Positions 12,498-26,055 of a DNA stretch of 64,000 bases are shown here, in pieces. This stretch comes from Macrostomum hystrix (taxonomy: Eukaryota; Animalia; Platyhelminthes). The stretch lies in assembly GCA_950097015.1 (NCBI GenBank), contig CATNEN010000038.1:3906001-3970000 (forward strand), written 5' to 3'. Both the position numbers and the translations under genes were made by a program. Position 1 is the stretch's first letter. Each line of letters starts with the position of its first letter. The notes beneath the pieces are model-generated. The model ran no database searches and was not told where the DNA came from. It was given only the letters and a program-made list of their open reading frames with translations.

Positions 12498-15400
12498 TCA
12501 AGCGGACTTCGAAACTACAGTATCGGGATCTATCTCGGCGTGCTGTCGCATCATGTTGACAAAGATCTGGTCCAACGACATCTGGTGCAGGCTGAAGTAC
12601 TTGACGTTCAGACTGCTTTTGTTGTCCGCCAGCCACTGAATGCAGTCCGACAGCTGCGGCAGCGAAGCCGTTGGAATTTGGAACTGCAGCGAGGCGCCAA
12701 CATCATCAATGATTTTCGCCTCTTTAAACTGATTCTGTATAGCCGTCATCAGGACCAATTTGCGCTGCTCCAGCTCGACGAGATCCTGCGACGGCGGCAG
12801 CAGAGCCTCCAGGATGAGCGCTTTGCCGTATCTGGAAGAGTAAAGGCAATGTGAGAACTATACCAGGTAAAGTACAGCTTAATACATCAAAACTGCGTAT
12901 CAAATGAGTGACGGGGTAACGCGTTAGACTCTCGCAGAAGAAGATCCCTGGGCTTGAATCCTGGGCGAGCAAGCCCCCAATTCTCTCATGTGGAGAGAAG
13001 TCTTTGGGGTTTCGTGTGTATTTTGCCAAACGACGGTACCGCAGCTCCCAGCAAATATAATTTTTATAAGTCTGTGTCCAGGTAAACTCACCGACTTCGC
13101 AGCTGCTGAACACTGCCAAAGCCAATCATTGCGCCTCTATACATGATGCACACCCGGCTGCAGAGTGCCTCAACCTCCTCCATGCTGTGCGTTGTGACTA
13201 CCACAGTCCGCTGGCCGCCTTCAGATAAGCCACGGATCGCTCTCCAGATGGCGCGCTTGTTCTCCGGATCCACGCCTGTGGAGGCCTCGTCTATGACAAC
13301 AACTGACGGGCAGCCGAGCAGTGCAATGGCCAGGCACAGGCGGCGCTTGCTGCCACCGGAGAGCTCTTTAGCCATCTTGAACCTGTGCTTCGCCAGCCCC
13401 AGGCCGCGAATCAGCCGGTCAGTTTGCTCTGGCACCAGCAGCTCTGAAATGCCGCGAATTCTAGCGTAGAACAGCAGATGCTCTTCGACAGTGACGCATT
13501 TAAAGAGCGGATCGTGCTGTGGACAGAAGCCGATGACACCTAGCTCAGTTCCCAGCGTGCTGGTCAGCCAGTCGCCATCAATCTGGCGCACTTCAACTTC
13601 GCCTCGGGTGGGCGTCAGCTGGCCGACGATCGATGACATCAAGGTTGTCTTTCCGGCACCGTTCTCCCCTAGAAGGCCGAACACTTCGCCACTGAGGGCG
13701 CCGAATGTGACGCCTCGCAATGCGCGCACACCATTTGGATAAACCGTCTCGATGCCGCGAACTTCTAGTAGGTTTTCGCTACTCCTTGGATTCTCTAATA
13801 TGCGACTCGTCTCCCGATGAACTCCGTTCTCTAATTTTTGCTCCTCACTTTCTTGCAAGTCATTCTGTTTTTGATTAGGCACATCTGTTGAACTTGTGGT
13901 TCTGCGAAAACTTCTGAGCTTTAAATTAATAGCGGGCCAGTTTTCAATCGCGACCAGTAGAGCTGTCAGTAGTATGACATGAGTAGCCATGGCAATAAAT
14001 GCGTGTCTTGTGTCCGAATACGCAAGAAAGTCTTCTCGCAGGTGTGGAACATCTTTGAATCGGTCTCGCTCAAAGTACTGCAATCCATAAGAGCCCATCT
14101 TCATGCCCGTGAAAGCCAGAAGCATGGGAGCCATAGGTGGCACTAGCCAGGTGCAGATAGCGCTTGCCAGGCGCTTTTTCATCACAAAAGTCAATACCGA
14201 CAGAACGAATAGGACGAAGAAAAAATATGTAGCCAGCACACTGCAGCTGGGTGTACGCTGTAGGGCCCCGATGCAATACACGCTCAGTAAATTGCTCAGA
14301 GTGCCCATAAACAGCATCGGCAACCACACATTAAAAAAGAGGAAAGTGCTCTGGTATCGAACCCACACAAGGCCTGAAACACCCGCCAAGATGGCAAACA
14401 CAGCATATTGTATCCAATGAATGACAATAGTATTCAACCAGTAGACCTTGCTACTTAGGCCCATTACTCTCATCTGTTGCCGAACACATGTGGATCTGTC
14501 CTCGATGGGATCAGCCATGAATGTCACAGGAATGATGGAAAAAAGTAAGACCATCACAAACAAGTCCATTTGCAAGCTGTAATACTGAGAAAATGGTACT
14601 ACAGTTGTCATTCGAATGACGCTTCGCGCCTTGCTGACCAACTTCTCAGGCGCAAAAATGCTAAGCATACTGATAAAGTAGCCGGTCATGGGCTTGAATA
14701 TCGCGTCAGTTTTTAATTTTCGCCAGAAGCGTCCTATTATGAGTGATCGGTTAGAATTGGACTGGGTCAAGTTCCAGGAAGACGCGTACAGAAGAACGCA
14801 AATCTCTGAGCAGTCTTTTTGCAGCTTTGAGTTCAATTGATCGCCATGGGGCAGCACAAACTCATCAACGCTAACTGAGTCCGGTTTCATCAACAAACTG
14901 AAACTTTTTTTAACCATTCCGCAGCCATTGTGAGCCAATACTTGCAAATCATTCGCATTATACAGACATACGACATTATCAGTGATATCAACTGACAGAA
15001 GTGGCAATCTAACAAGCTCAGATTTTACCATTCGAATCGAGTTTAAAATACGGTCGTCCAGGTTCACAGCGCCGCTTTCCAGAATCAGATGCCTTCCGAC
15101 TGATTGACTCAACTCGTAGCGATTTTTTTCAATGTAAGCAATCGCGCACACAGCCGCAAGCAGCACCAGCGGCATGCCCAGACGGCACAGAGCTTGCACT
15201 GGCGATCGAACCTGGCGGCGTAGATTCATTGTGAGCAGCGAGGCAAATGTTCTGTAAAATGAGCGTTGAAACTTGTTCGCTATGAAGTAGTCCTTTTGCA
15301 GCTGCAACAGTGAGTTATCCACTGTTAACTCTCGAGCTGACGCTTTGATTTCATCGGCTTTGGGCAGATTCACGAAGCTCGCTATTTGTCTATTCTTGAT

Positions 15401-18269
15401 GGCGGTCGCCAAGAAAATGGTGTCAACATTTTTAAGGCGCATAAAGATTTCGTCGAGATTGGCCTGAGACACCCCGAATGCAGTCACCAGCGAGTTATGC
15501 TGCTGCGCCTCCAACAGCTTCACTACACTTGCCAGCAGATGCAGGTCCGAGCTGGAGTCAGGTTCGAATGTTGACACACTGAGCTGCAGCTCTGTACCCG
15601 ACCTGTTCAGCTCCTTAACTCCACGTGGCATCATTTGCATGAATGACTGAGCATCCTGGCTAGATCGCAGTGAAACGTTTATAATGGGGCAGCAGCCAAA
15701 TAGATGTTTTAGGAATAATGATGACCCCGCACATATTAGTCTACCTTCAGAGAGGAACAATTTTCTATCTGCCAGAATGTCGGCCTCGTCCATGAACTGT
15801 GTGCACAAGATGATGCAGCGCCCCTGCTGGCGATCCTGAAGAATGCGCCAAAGTTTTCTTCGAGACACAGGATCCAGTCCGCTGGTGGGCTCATCGAGAA
15901 TCACGACTCTGGGGTCTCCGAGCAGTGCAATAATGCAGCAGACCTTACGAAGCTGACCGCCACTGAGGTCCATGGCTTGAACGTCTTTCTTGTCCGCCAG
16001 TCCCAGCTGCTCCAGCATGCTATTCACGCTGTCCATCTGGTTGTCAAGTATGAGTCCCTTGCTGATAACTGCCAGACTGATACTCTCCATCACGGTGAGG
16101 TTCTGGCTAAGCACATTTGTCTTGCTGCAGGTGCTAATTGTGCGCCGCAGTGCCATGCGCTGGTAAGGGTTTGTGACGAGCCGGTCGCCGATGACCACCG
16201 TGCCAGTTGTCGGTGTCAGTTCGCCTGTGAGCACCCGGATGAGCGTTGTTTTGCCAGCGCCATTGTGCCCAATCAGAGCTGTTATCTGATCCCTGTAGAC
16301 AGTGCCTGAACGCGAGCGAGGTTATTAAAAACCGATAAAAATATGAACAGGAGTTAATGAAACAGCTTTGCAAAGGTATATTTTGCCTACATTTATTATG
16401 TACGCAAACATAAATGACAGGTTACACAGTTAGGCCAAATTTACATTACAAAAATTAAAACGGCTGCAGCTTTTGTGCAGTGTTTCTAAACGGGGTTGCG
16501 TACTACTGTTAAGTCCGCGGACTGGTGAAGGTGGCGCCAAAACCCCCCGCATTTTTACGCTAGCAAGTGCTTGTAAGCATACTACAGCTCAATGAACTGA
16601 AGCAATAGCCATGAGCAGAAATTGTTTCTTTTCGTCTGAGACTGTAAGTTCCCGTTGCAAAAGTTCTAAGCTCTGAACACTGACACCCAGGTGCCATAAA
16701 ATTGCAAACATATGCAACTAATCCACGAATGAAGCACTCACAAGTAATGGAGTCCAGAGCCTGAACCAAACCAGACTGTTGCTCCAGACTACAGCAGCCG
16801 CGATCGTAGCAAACACTGATGTTGTTGATGTAAATGGCAGGCTGGCCCGTTGGCACCGACTCTAAAATTGACAAGGCGCTGTCTTCGTCCCTTTGCCTGT
16901 CAGCCACCGTGTCCAACCACACTGTTTCATTAACTCTGGGGCACCAGAAGCTGGGACTAAATAGATATGTAGGCGGCAGAACGAACCCGTTGCCGCTGCT
17001 CAGTAAGAAGTCAACGTAGATTGATAACAAGGTCACGACTATAGGGAAGGCTATCATTCCAGCAAGTACGCTATCGAAGTACTGCAGCTGCAGATTGTTC
17101 CATGATATAGAATCCGTTGGAAGCAGAATGTAAATAGCGTACTGAGTCACATGACCTGGTGGGAACACCAGCAGAAAATTTATTAGATAGTCTTTCTCCG
17201 GCATCTTTAATAGTCGGGTCACACTAACCACAGTGATTGTCACTACTGCCGTAATGACGGCCACGGTAGATACAACTATTAGGAAGAAAGAGCGAAGTAG
17301 TACCGTAGCTAGGAGGCTGAGCGACACCATCGAGAAGACATAAACGTAGAAGAGCATTCCTAGCTTTAACGCTGATCCTGCGGGGTAGTAGTCTGTGCAC
17401 TGCAGTCCGTAGCAGGGCCCGATGATCAATGAAAATATGGCGCAATCAACTGCTATGGAAACAAGGATAACCGACCAGTAGACTCCCACAGACAGGCCGT
17501 GGCTAAACATCAGCTGCAGAAAGCCATTCTCTTTCATGCCAGCGATGAAAGCGATAGTTGTAGCCGTGAAGTGCACCATACAGCCTGCCGTTGCAATCAG
17601 CACATGGTAGAGTACAGTGGTCGTGAGAACGGTTATTGCGTTGCCGGCAGACTCGACTCTATTGCAAATTGTCACAGTCTTGGCCATGCTTCCAGCTCTG
17701 CTCTGGTTGTTGTCCGTGAGGCTCAGAAATGTCACATCTCGGAAGAGACGACCATCAGGGCTCAGCGATCGCAGCACCAGCTGGTGCAGGAAGGGACAGG
17801 CGAGCTCCGCAGACGGCTCGCTATCGCACTCAAGCTGGACTCTGAACGGCTCTGAGTTGTAATTAACACGCGCCAAAGGACTCTTTGAGTCTGTGTTTTG
17901 CAACTCGCGATAGAAATTCAGGTTGCAGCTCTGCGGGCTGTCGCAAATACTGAGCCATGAGGGTTTGCCGTTGGCCTGGCCTGAGGCAGCCAGGGCTGAT
18001 ACGTGATTAATCTCTGAGGAGAAGTTTCCACTGCTGCTGACGGATACCCTGCCAGAAAATGTGCTGGTGTTGACGATCTCTCTAGCCACCACTTCTTCGG
18101 TCGAGGAGCTTAGCCTGGATAGGGCTTCAAATAGCCAGAAGTTGGATGGCACCAGAAGGATGGCTACCAAGGTGACTGGTAAGCGGCGAGCCTTGAATTT
18201 AAGCAGCAGAACCAGCAAGTACAGTGCCTGCCTTAGCAGAATCTTGCAGCCAACGCATGCCCCAGACAT
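12498..18269 (-). CDS. Full-length ABCA-subfamily transporter (TMD-NBD-TMD-NBD), about 1691 aa. Exons 18269-16742, 16305-13092 and 12831-12498.
   Basis: Two GT-AG introns join the frames. NBD1 has GHNGAGKTT, LSGGQ, VVILDEPTSGLD and FMDEADILADR...GSSLFLK. NBD2 has GENGAGKTT, FCPQHD, LSGGSKRRL, VVIDEASTGVD and TTHSMEEVEALC. The C-terminal SLDQIF motif is present. Confidence 0.93.
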
Positions 18270-20628
18270 CGCAATGCCTTGATTCTAGTCAAACAGCGCG
18301 GTTCCTGCAAAAAATGCTTGCGTGTTCTATTCTAAATTATGTGATACCCATGACCATGATTTACTTATGATCGATCAAAAAAGGTTGCAGCGTTTGACTA
18401 TGGTTTCTACCATAGACAAATGTAACGAGAAGAAAAGTACTTAGCTGGTTATCTTGACCACAGTTAGGCCAGTTTTTTTTAAAACTACAACGGTAACAAT
18501 ATTCCGAGCGCCAAGCAAAACAAGAGCAACGTCCAACCCGTTGGCAGCGGCAGTGTCCAACAATTTGCTGTTTGTTGACAATAAAGTAATATACTCACTA
18601 TTGATCGAATCGAAAGTGGACGAACTCGTATATTTTAGAGCAAGACGCGGTAAAGAGAGGGCAAGCAGAGAATATGGCTTTCATAAACTCAAATGAAGAC
18701 CTGTTTAGCAATTTTGATGGGTACAGCTAGGTAGAAATAGAGGAAAAGGCTAGACGAAAAGCTGAAAAAGGCACAACTAATGCTCGAAAAAGTACACAAT
18801 ACACAAAATATGATTGGAGGACTCCAAATCCGACAGGCTCCGGGGCGGCGCGAAAACGGGGGCAACAGTAGCACAACACAACAGCTTGAGGAGCAGCGAA
18901 TTGCAAACATTTTCCGATAGGAGGTCGGGGCCGGCGAGTTAGAGGAGTTGTTGTTTCCAAAGTTTGAGATTGAAAATTAAAGCTAAATTTAGGAACAAGA
19001 AGACTAGTCGGAGAAATGCTGCTTGTGGAATGTGGGGCCCTCGTAGTAGCCAGACTTCTACAGTTGGGTAAAGCTGAGTGGCTTCGTGAAGCAGTTAGCA
19101 GGGTACTCGACAGTTGTAACGTTGTGGTAGTCACGGTTGACATCGGAACGGAGAATTTGTTGGACGACATTCGTCCAACAGAAAACTAGTAAACAGAACA
19201 AAATACGTCTGTCAGAATGCATTTGTTTATAATACCATCAGAAGATAAAGTAAAAACTGTTCAGCAGACAGCCAGTGAATTCGTAAGTTTTTTACCACTT
19301 CACCATTTTTACTCCTCACCCAAACGCGACCAGAAACTTTGTTTTTCTAAAAAATGTAGAAATAAATTTCAGACAAAACCCTAATTGGTCTGGTCCGTCA
19401 TGCGTGAACGCCTTCTGTATGCGTTGCAGAGCTTAAATTCCCTTTTCCAGGAATCCAGCGTTGCCAAAAATCGTATCTTGCAGTCGAGTGCCTCTACTGT
19501 ATATACAGTAAGGCTGAGGCTGCCGTTTGATGCACTAATTAAATCCCAGATTTTTTTAAGCGAGACGACCTCAGTTGGTTTCTTAGGACCAGTCTTCTGA
19601 ACAAATTTATCGTCTTTTTATAATTCAGGCTCGTCATCCAAGATTAATGCATAATCAATTTGTAATGATTTTAATTACCTTACGAAACGCAGTCGCCTAA
19701 ATTGCATCAGCTAGCTAAGCTTCTGGAAGAGCGTTCCGGTGGATTTATAATTGCTATAAAATGTGAAGTACATTCGCACTTTATCATTAGCACTCGTATA
19801 ATAATATTCACAATCTTTCGCATAGTTGGTTTCTTCGAATTCGTGGATGGTTGACTTTTAAAATTGCCCTAACTATCTCTATAGTCAGTTTGGACTCAAC
19901 TTTCACCTATCCAAGTGGGTCTCCGTTTCTACCAAGTCAGTGAGCAGCAGCAGTCGGCATAAGTCCAGCCTTTTGTTGCACAGCGCGTGTGGTGCTGTGG
20001 CTTAAGTTCTCAGGAGGCCGTAGCTCCCTGAGCTAACAGACTGGTCGCCGAGTTCTGAGGGCTAAAATTGCAAAAATTATAGTACATCTAAGACCTAAAA
20101 TATTCATGTAGGGACACATCTTGAACGGAAAACTAATTTCCTCCAATATTATCCTGATTTTCGTGGCTAATGTGTCGATAAACGAAAGCTAAGTGTCTCA
20201 AATAGCGACGTAATCGTTAAACTTGCAGAGAAAATCTTCAAAATGCTAAAAAACTTAATTCAAGATTTTATATTGTAGTAATAAGCTCAGCTAGCTCAGA
20301 GGGCCAAAGTATTAATAGCGACATAAAATTTTATTGATAGCTCGTACAAGAAGAAAAACAGGGATTCCAAAGCAAAAATATATAAAAATATTGTTAGGCA
20401 CCCCTGACTCTTGATAGCCAAGATACGTCAGCAAAAAATAAAAAAAAAATAGATTTTATTATTGTGCATGACCTTTGCGACTAGTAAAAAAGTATCCATG
20501 AGAACTCACAAGCCAAGAAATATTGCTCCGTTATGTGAATGTAAAACACAAGGAACCAGGCCAAGTGAATATCCAATTACCTGCAAAGATATTGTCTTTC
20601 GCGTGTAATAAAAAGAATGTCTCTCATC

Positions 20629-22444
20629 TCATCCGGAGCCCGTCTGCTGGATCCAGCTGGTGTACATCTGCACGCGAGTGTACACTCCCGGTCGCTGCGC
20701 CTTGGCACATCCCTCGCCCCAGCTGGTGATGCCCTGCAGGTACCACACGCCGCCCGACTTGCACACCAGCGGACCGCCGGAGTCGCCCTGGCACGCGTCC
20801 TTGCCGCCCTGCTCGTACCCAGCGCACAACATGTAGCTGGTGATGGCGCCTCCGTAGTGCGACGAGTCACCGCAGATCGAGTTAGGCACGATCGGTACCA
20901 TCACCTGCTGCAGCTTGGTGTTGTCACCGGTGCCCTGTGTGCTGCCCCAGCCTGTGGCGAAGCAGCTGGCCGTGTTCGATACAGGTGAGCTCGGCAGGCA
21001 CACAGGTGAGACCTGAGAGTTGAACTGGAACGGCTGGTCCACCTGCATCATGGCCAAATCTTGGTTGGTCCTGCTCGAATCATAGTTCGGATACTTGACC
21101 ACCTGGGTCACCTTGCGGCTCTGAAGCGTTGACGGGGTGCAATCCCGACAGTGGCGACCCGCGTCCACCCTCCAGTTGGACGGTGACATGTAGTTCTCGA
21201 CGCAGTGCGCTGCCGTCACGATCCAGTTAGCGTTGAGGATGCTGCCACCGCAGAAGTGACCTCCAAAGAGCCTCAGCGACACCATCCAGGGCCAGCTGTT
21301 TGGGATGGCCTCCTTTCCACCCACGATGCGCGTCTCGTCAGGTGCGATGGTGGGTTTGCCACATCCTGATGGAGCTATAAACATTTTTAGTGATATAAAT
21401 TGGGTTCCACAGTTCAAAACTAAAATGTATATCATGTGCTTCAAAAAAGGATATTAAAAAGGTTAAAAAAGAAATAGCTCTTGTAAAAATACGATGCTTG
21501 CAGGAGTGAGATCATTTATCTGCACAAAATTTTATTGCATAATTTTGATAAACGAAAAGGCTGCACTTTAGCGATTTCTTTTGGACAGTCTAGAAATTAG
21601 CATATGCTCTGTGATCCGAATTTCAGGATTGCAGCATCGAGAACTTACAAGGAGGATTGATGGGTCCAAGAGTCGTTGTAGTGACAGGCGGTCTAGCAGT
21701 AGTCGTAGTCGGCGGGAGAGTGGTCGTTGTCGTCGGCGAGCACGCTTCGTCGCTACCGTCTTGACAGTCACGGAAGCCGTCGCACCACCAGTTGTTCCAA
21801 ACGCATTTCGAGTTGTCTTTGCACGGCCTCTGGTTTACCGGGCAGTTTAGCGTGGCAGTGCAGTACCTCTCATCTGAGCCATCTGGGCAGTCCCTTATAC
21901 CGTCGCACTTCCAGGCGGCTGGGTAGCAGGGGCTACCGCTGCTGCAAGCCAGGAAGCCACTGGGACATTTGACTCTCGTCTGGTACTCGTCATTAGACAC
22001 GAACCTGTAACGCAGCTGGAAGCCGGACTTCTGCAGGTAGCCATCGCTGGAGAACTGCAGCAGAATAGAAGACGACTTCGACAGAACAGACCACTGTCCA
22101 CCGCCGCAGAAGCTACCGAGAACCTGACTCGTCTCGTTTAGTCCATCGTAGACGGTTAGCGAGTCTCCGGAGCAGCCTGACGAATACTCAAGGTCAAATT
22201 CGACAGAAGTCACCTCGATATGATAGTTTGGACGCCAGGCGCGGATGAAGTAGCGACAGTTTGAGTTCGCGTCGTACGGTATGCGGCCGTACAGGCGGTG
22301 CGATGAGATCACGGCATTCTCAGTCTCGTAGAGCAGTTCAACGCCGCAGTTTTGATCATTTGGATCGCTGGGAACAGGCCGCACCTCCTGAGCGGTGGCA
22401 GTGAGCAGCAGAGCTGTCCACACAAAGGCTGTTGACAAGATCAT
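20629..22444 (-). CDS. Secreted CUB-LDLa-LDLa-trypsin protease A' (inverted near-copy of A), about 513 aa. Exons 22444-21649 and 21374-20629.
   Basis: Same phase-1 intron position as A. The catalytic triad is intact and the exons are nearly identical to gene A, with a shorter Thr/Pro linker. Confidence 0.95.
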
Positions 22445-22875
22445 GACTTTGGAAATGTAGTCAAAATGTTTGTCTTTGTTAGAAAATGCAGCAGCGCCAA
22501 TGAATATTTATACTGAGTCAGGCATCACATGCTCTCGAAATTTACTGATTTAAATTTGAGGCACGTCGATGCTGACGTTTGTTTTGCTCACCGTGTCACC
22601 TTGACTGGAAAAGAGAGTCGTCACGTGAGACCTTTTAACTGTGGGTTGATTAGCTTCGCAATGGAACGGAGAAACAATCAGGTGTTAATAGAAAGGTAAA
22701 CTCAGTAGGTAAGTATTAGGTTAGTTATTATGAAAATAATTTTTTACAAAAGTCAATTTTTTGTTAAACTTTGCTTTCACAGTTCGGGGGTTTGGTAGCT
22801 ATTATAATTGACTCATAATCAATGACAGCACTCTCAAATGAGCTGTTTCGGTTCAATTAAGTTATGAACATAATC

Positions 22876-22936
22876 GTTGACCAGTGGTTAGAGCTTCGTG
22901 CATCTGGCTGAGACGATAGGAGTTGAAATCCCAGCC
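22876..22936 (+). mobile_element. Possible tRNA-derived SINE head or tRNA-like relic
   Basis: A-box-like TGACCAGTGGTTAGAGC and B-box-like AGTTGAAATCCC at tRNA-like spacing. No clean cloverleaf. Confidence 0.3.
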
Positions 22937-24366
22937 AAAGGGAAGAGATTTGTGTCAATAAATTCGAAAATTAATTATTGATCGCTTCATATCCTCCAAC
23001 TGGAAAAAACTGGGAGTTGGTGAAACTGGTGGAACCAGGGACAACGGCTAGCCATTGGCAAGAAGACTCGTCACGAAGCCGACCTCTAAACCCCAAGTAC
23101 ATGTCATGGATCCCACAGTACTTGTTCATTCACAAAAAATATACAAACGGATGCCATTCAGTCGCATTGTTGTGGGTATGACGAACAAAGATAACAGCAG
23201 TCAATTAATAAAGATGATTCAGATGGTAATTGACAAAGAATGATTAACAGGCTTAGTGACATTTATTCATATGAGCAATTCGTCAGACGGCTTACCTTTT
23301 TTTCTTCTGCAGAAAATTTACGGCAATTACTTTGAACTTCTCCAATTAATACGAGTCAGCAGACTCAAAAACAAAATTTAGAGTGATTACGTGAGATTGT
23401 GCAATCCTCAAATTACGAAAACTACTTAGTCACTACTTGGACGTTTTGTCGTCAGCACTATTTGACAGAATCAAATAAAGTTTGTCTTATTTGGTAAATT
23501 GTCCTAGTTTAACTATGCGTATTCAAGCTCTCGCGCAGTAAAGCTTAGCAAAAAAATCTAGCTTGCTATTTAGCCAAATGCTCTTTGGCTAAATAGTCTT
23601 CGACAGTAACCAGAGGGCGATTATTATGTACTGCTTGTTGTGCTGCTTGCTACCAGAAACAGTCGGCGATGCACGTTTCGGCGACAGTCCAGCAGCAGTT
23701 TTTTTATTTACGCAAATGAGGAAACATGAGTTATGCTGATGCTCAGAGCCTCAGCACACAGCTAATTCCATCTGACCCCCCGGAGAAATGATCTACTCAG
23801 AGCTTTGGCGGATAGTCTTCGTCAAGCGTTTTAATCAGCAGATTTTTCAACTAGTGTACTTTCATTGCTTACGTATACCCAACATTTTTTCAGCGATGTG
23901 TACATATCATGAAGAGAATAAGTCTGATATCAACTTTGTATAGCTTTTGAGAAGAAAAATATTTGAGAATAACTAACTGCTTTCACCTTCAGTGATAAAA
24001 AACAGAGGCACCTGGCACAGTAAACACGCCTTATTAGTCGGGCTGATTGATCGCTCAAAACCGCAAGCCAAAGGACAGAAGTAGTTTTTACTTTAAATTG
24101 TATAAACAAGGCAACGTACACATCTAATTAGTCATCCGCTGAAGGGTGAGACGAAAATATTTGACGGGTCAAACCTGAAGCTCTCGCTTTTAGTTTTGAG
24201 TACGCCATTTGGGTACGGGAGCACAAAAATAAAGCGCACGTTGGTTTTTCACACATGCAGTTGAAATAAATACTCGTAGCCTGAGCAACTGAAAATTCAA
24301 GCCTAGATAGTTAGTAATTTCTTTCTGAAGGGCTGTCCCAAAGTGACTATTGAAGCTCACTCAACG

Positions 24367-26055
24367 ATGAAAATGTGGCTGTCAAAGCTACCAGTGCTGC
24401 TGCTGGTAATGCTCAACTGTCGCGCTGCGTCAGCTCAACAGAGCGACGAAACCAACTGCGGAGTGGGTCTTCTGTACGAGACAGACAATACAGTGATATC
24501 TTCTCATAGACTGTACGGTCGCCTTCCCTATCAGCCGAACGCCCTGTGCCGCTACATAATCAGGTCCTGGAGTCCCGAGTACCACATCGAGATCTCGACT
24601 GTCGGCTTTGATCTTGAGTTCACCTCGCAGTGTACGGCAGACGCGCTGACCATCTACGCCGGTGGAAACGACTCCACCCCGGTGCTGGGTCGATTCTGCG
24701 GCTCCTCCGATTGGTCCGTGCTCAGTCGTGGCTCTGTGGTGTCACTCATATTCACCAGCGATAGCTACCTAGAGAAAGGCGGATTCCAGCTGCGTTACAG
24801 GTTCGTGCCGAAGTCTGAGTACCAGACGCGAGTCAACTGCGCCTCTGGCTTCTTGTCCTGCAACAATGGCAATGGCTGCTTCCCATCAAGCTGGAAATGT
24901 GACGGCATCAAGGACTGCGCGGACGGTTCGGATGAGATGTTCTGCTCTAACACGTTGACCTGTCCGACCGGCCAGACCGCATGCAAGGACAACACAAAGT
25001 GCATATACAACTCCTGGTGGTGCGATGGCTTCAAGGACTGCAGCGACGGCAGCGATGAAAATAGCTGCAGCGGTGGCGGCTCCAGTGGCGGCGGCTCCGG
25101 CACCGGCGGTGGTGGTTCTGGTGGTGGCGGCACCGTCGTTACTCCACGTAAGAAAACCTCATGAAACTTAAAATATCCTGCAAATTTCGCCACAAAAACC
25201 TCATTGAACTAAGACTTTACCTTTTCCTGAACTTATTTACCCGTCTATCGCTAAAACCGACACGTAATTAAAGGACATATCTGTATCTATTTATATCGAT
25301 AAATTACAGCTCCATCGGGCTGCGGCACTCCCGCCATCGCACCTGACGAGACGCGCATCGTGGGTGGAAAGGAGGCCATCCCAAACAGCTGGCCCTGGAT
25401 GGTGTCGCTGAGGCTCTTTGGAGGTCACTTCTGCGGTGGCAGCATCCTCAACGCTAACTGGATCGTGACGGCAGCGCACTGCGTCGAGAACTACATGTCA
25501 CCGTCCAACTGGAGGGTGGACGCGGGTCGCCACTGTCGGGATTGCACCCCGTCAACGCTTCAAAGCCGTCAGGTGACCCAGGTGGTCAAGTATCCGAGCT
25601 ATGATTCGAGCAGGACCAACCAAGATTTGGCCATGATGCGGGTAGACCAGCCGTTCCAGTTCAACTCTCAGGTCTCACCTGTATGCCTACCGAGCTCACC
25701 TGTATCGAACACGGCCAGCTGCTTCGCCACAGGCTGGGGCAGCACACAGGGCACCGGTGACAACACCAAGCTGCAGCAGGTGATGGTACCGATCGTGCCT
25801 AACTCGATCTGCGGTGACTCGTCGCACTACGGAGGCGCCATCACCAGCTACATGTTGTGCGCTGGGTACGAGCAGGGCGGCAAGGACGCGTGCCAGGGCG
25901 ATTCCGGCGGTCCGCTGGTGTGCAAGTCCGGCGGCGTGTGGTACCTGCAGGGCATCACCAGCTGGGGCGAGGGATGTGCCAAGGCGCAGCGACCGGGAGT
26001 GTACACTCGCGTGCAGATGTACACCAGCTGGATCCAGCAGACGGGCTCAGGATGA
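24367..26055 (+). CDS. Secreted CUB-LDLa-LDLa-trypsin protease C with a Gly/Ser linker, about 508 aa. Exons 24367-25147 and 25310-26055.
   Basis: Signal peptide, a CUB and two LDLa domains clearly diverged from A, and a phase-1 intron at 25148-25309. The protease exon is nearly identical to A and A' with an intact triad. Confidence 0.95.
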
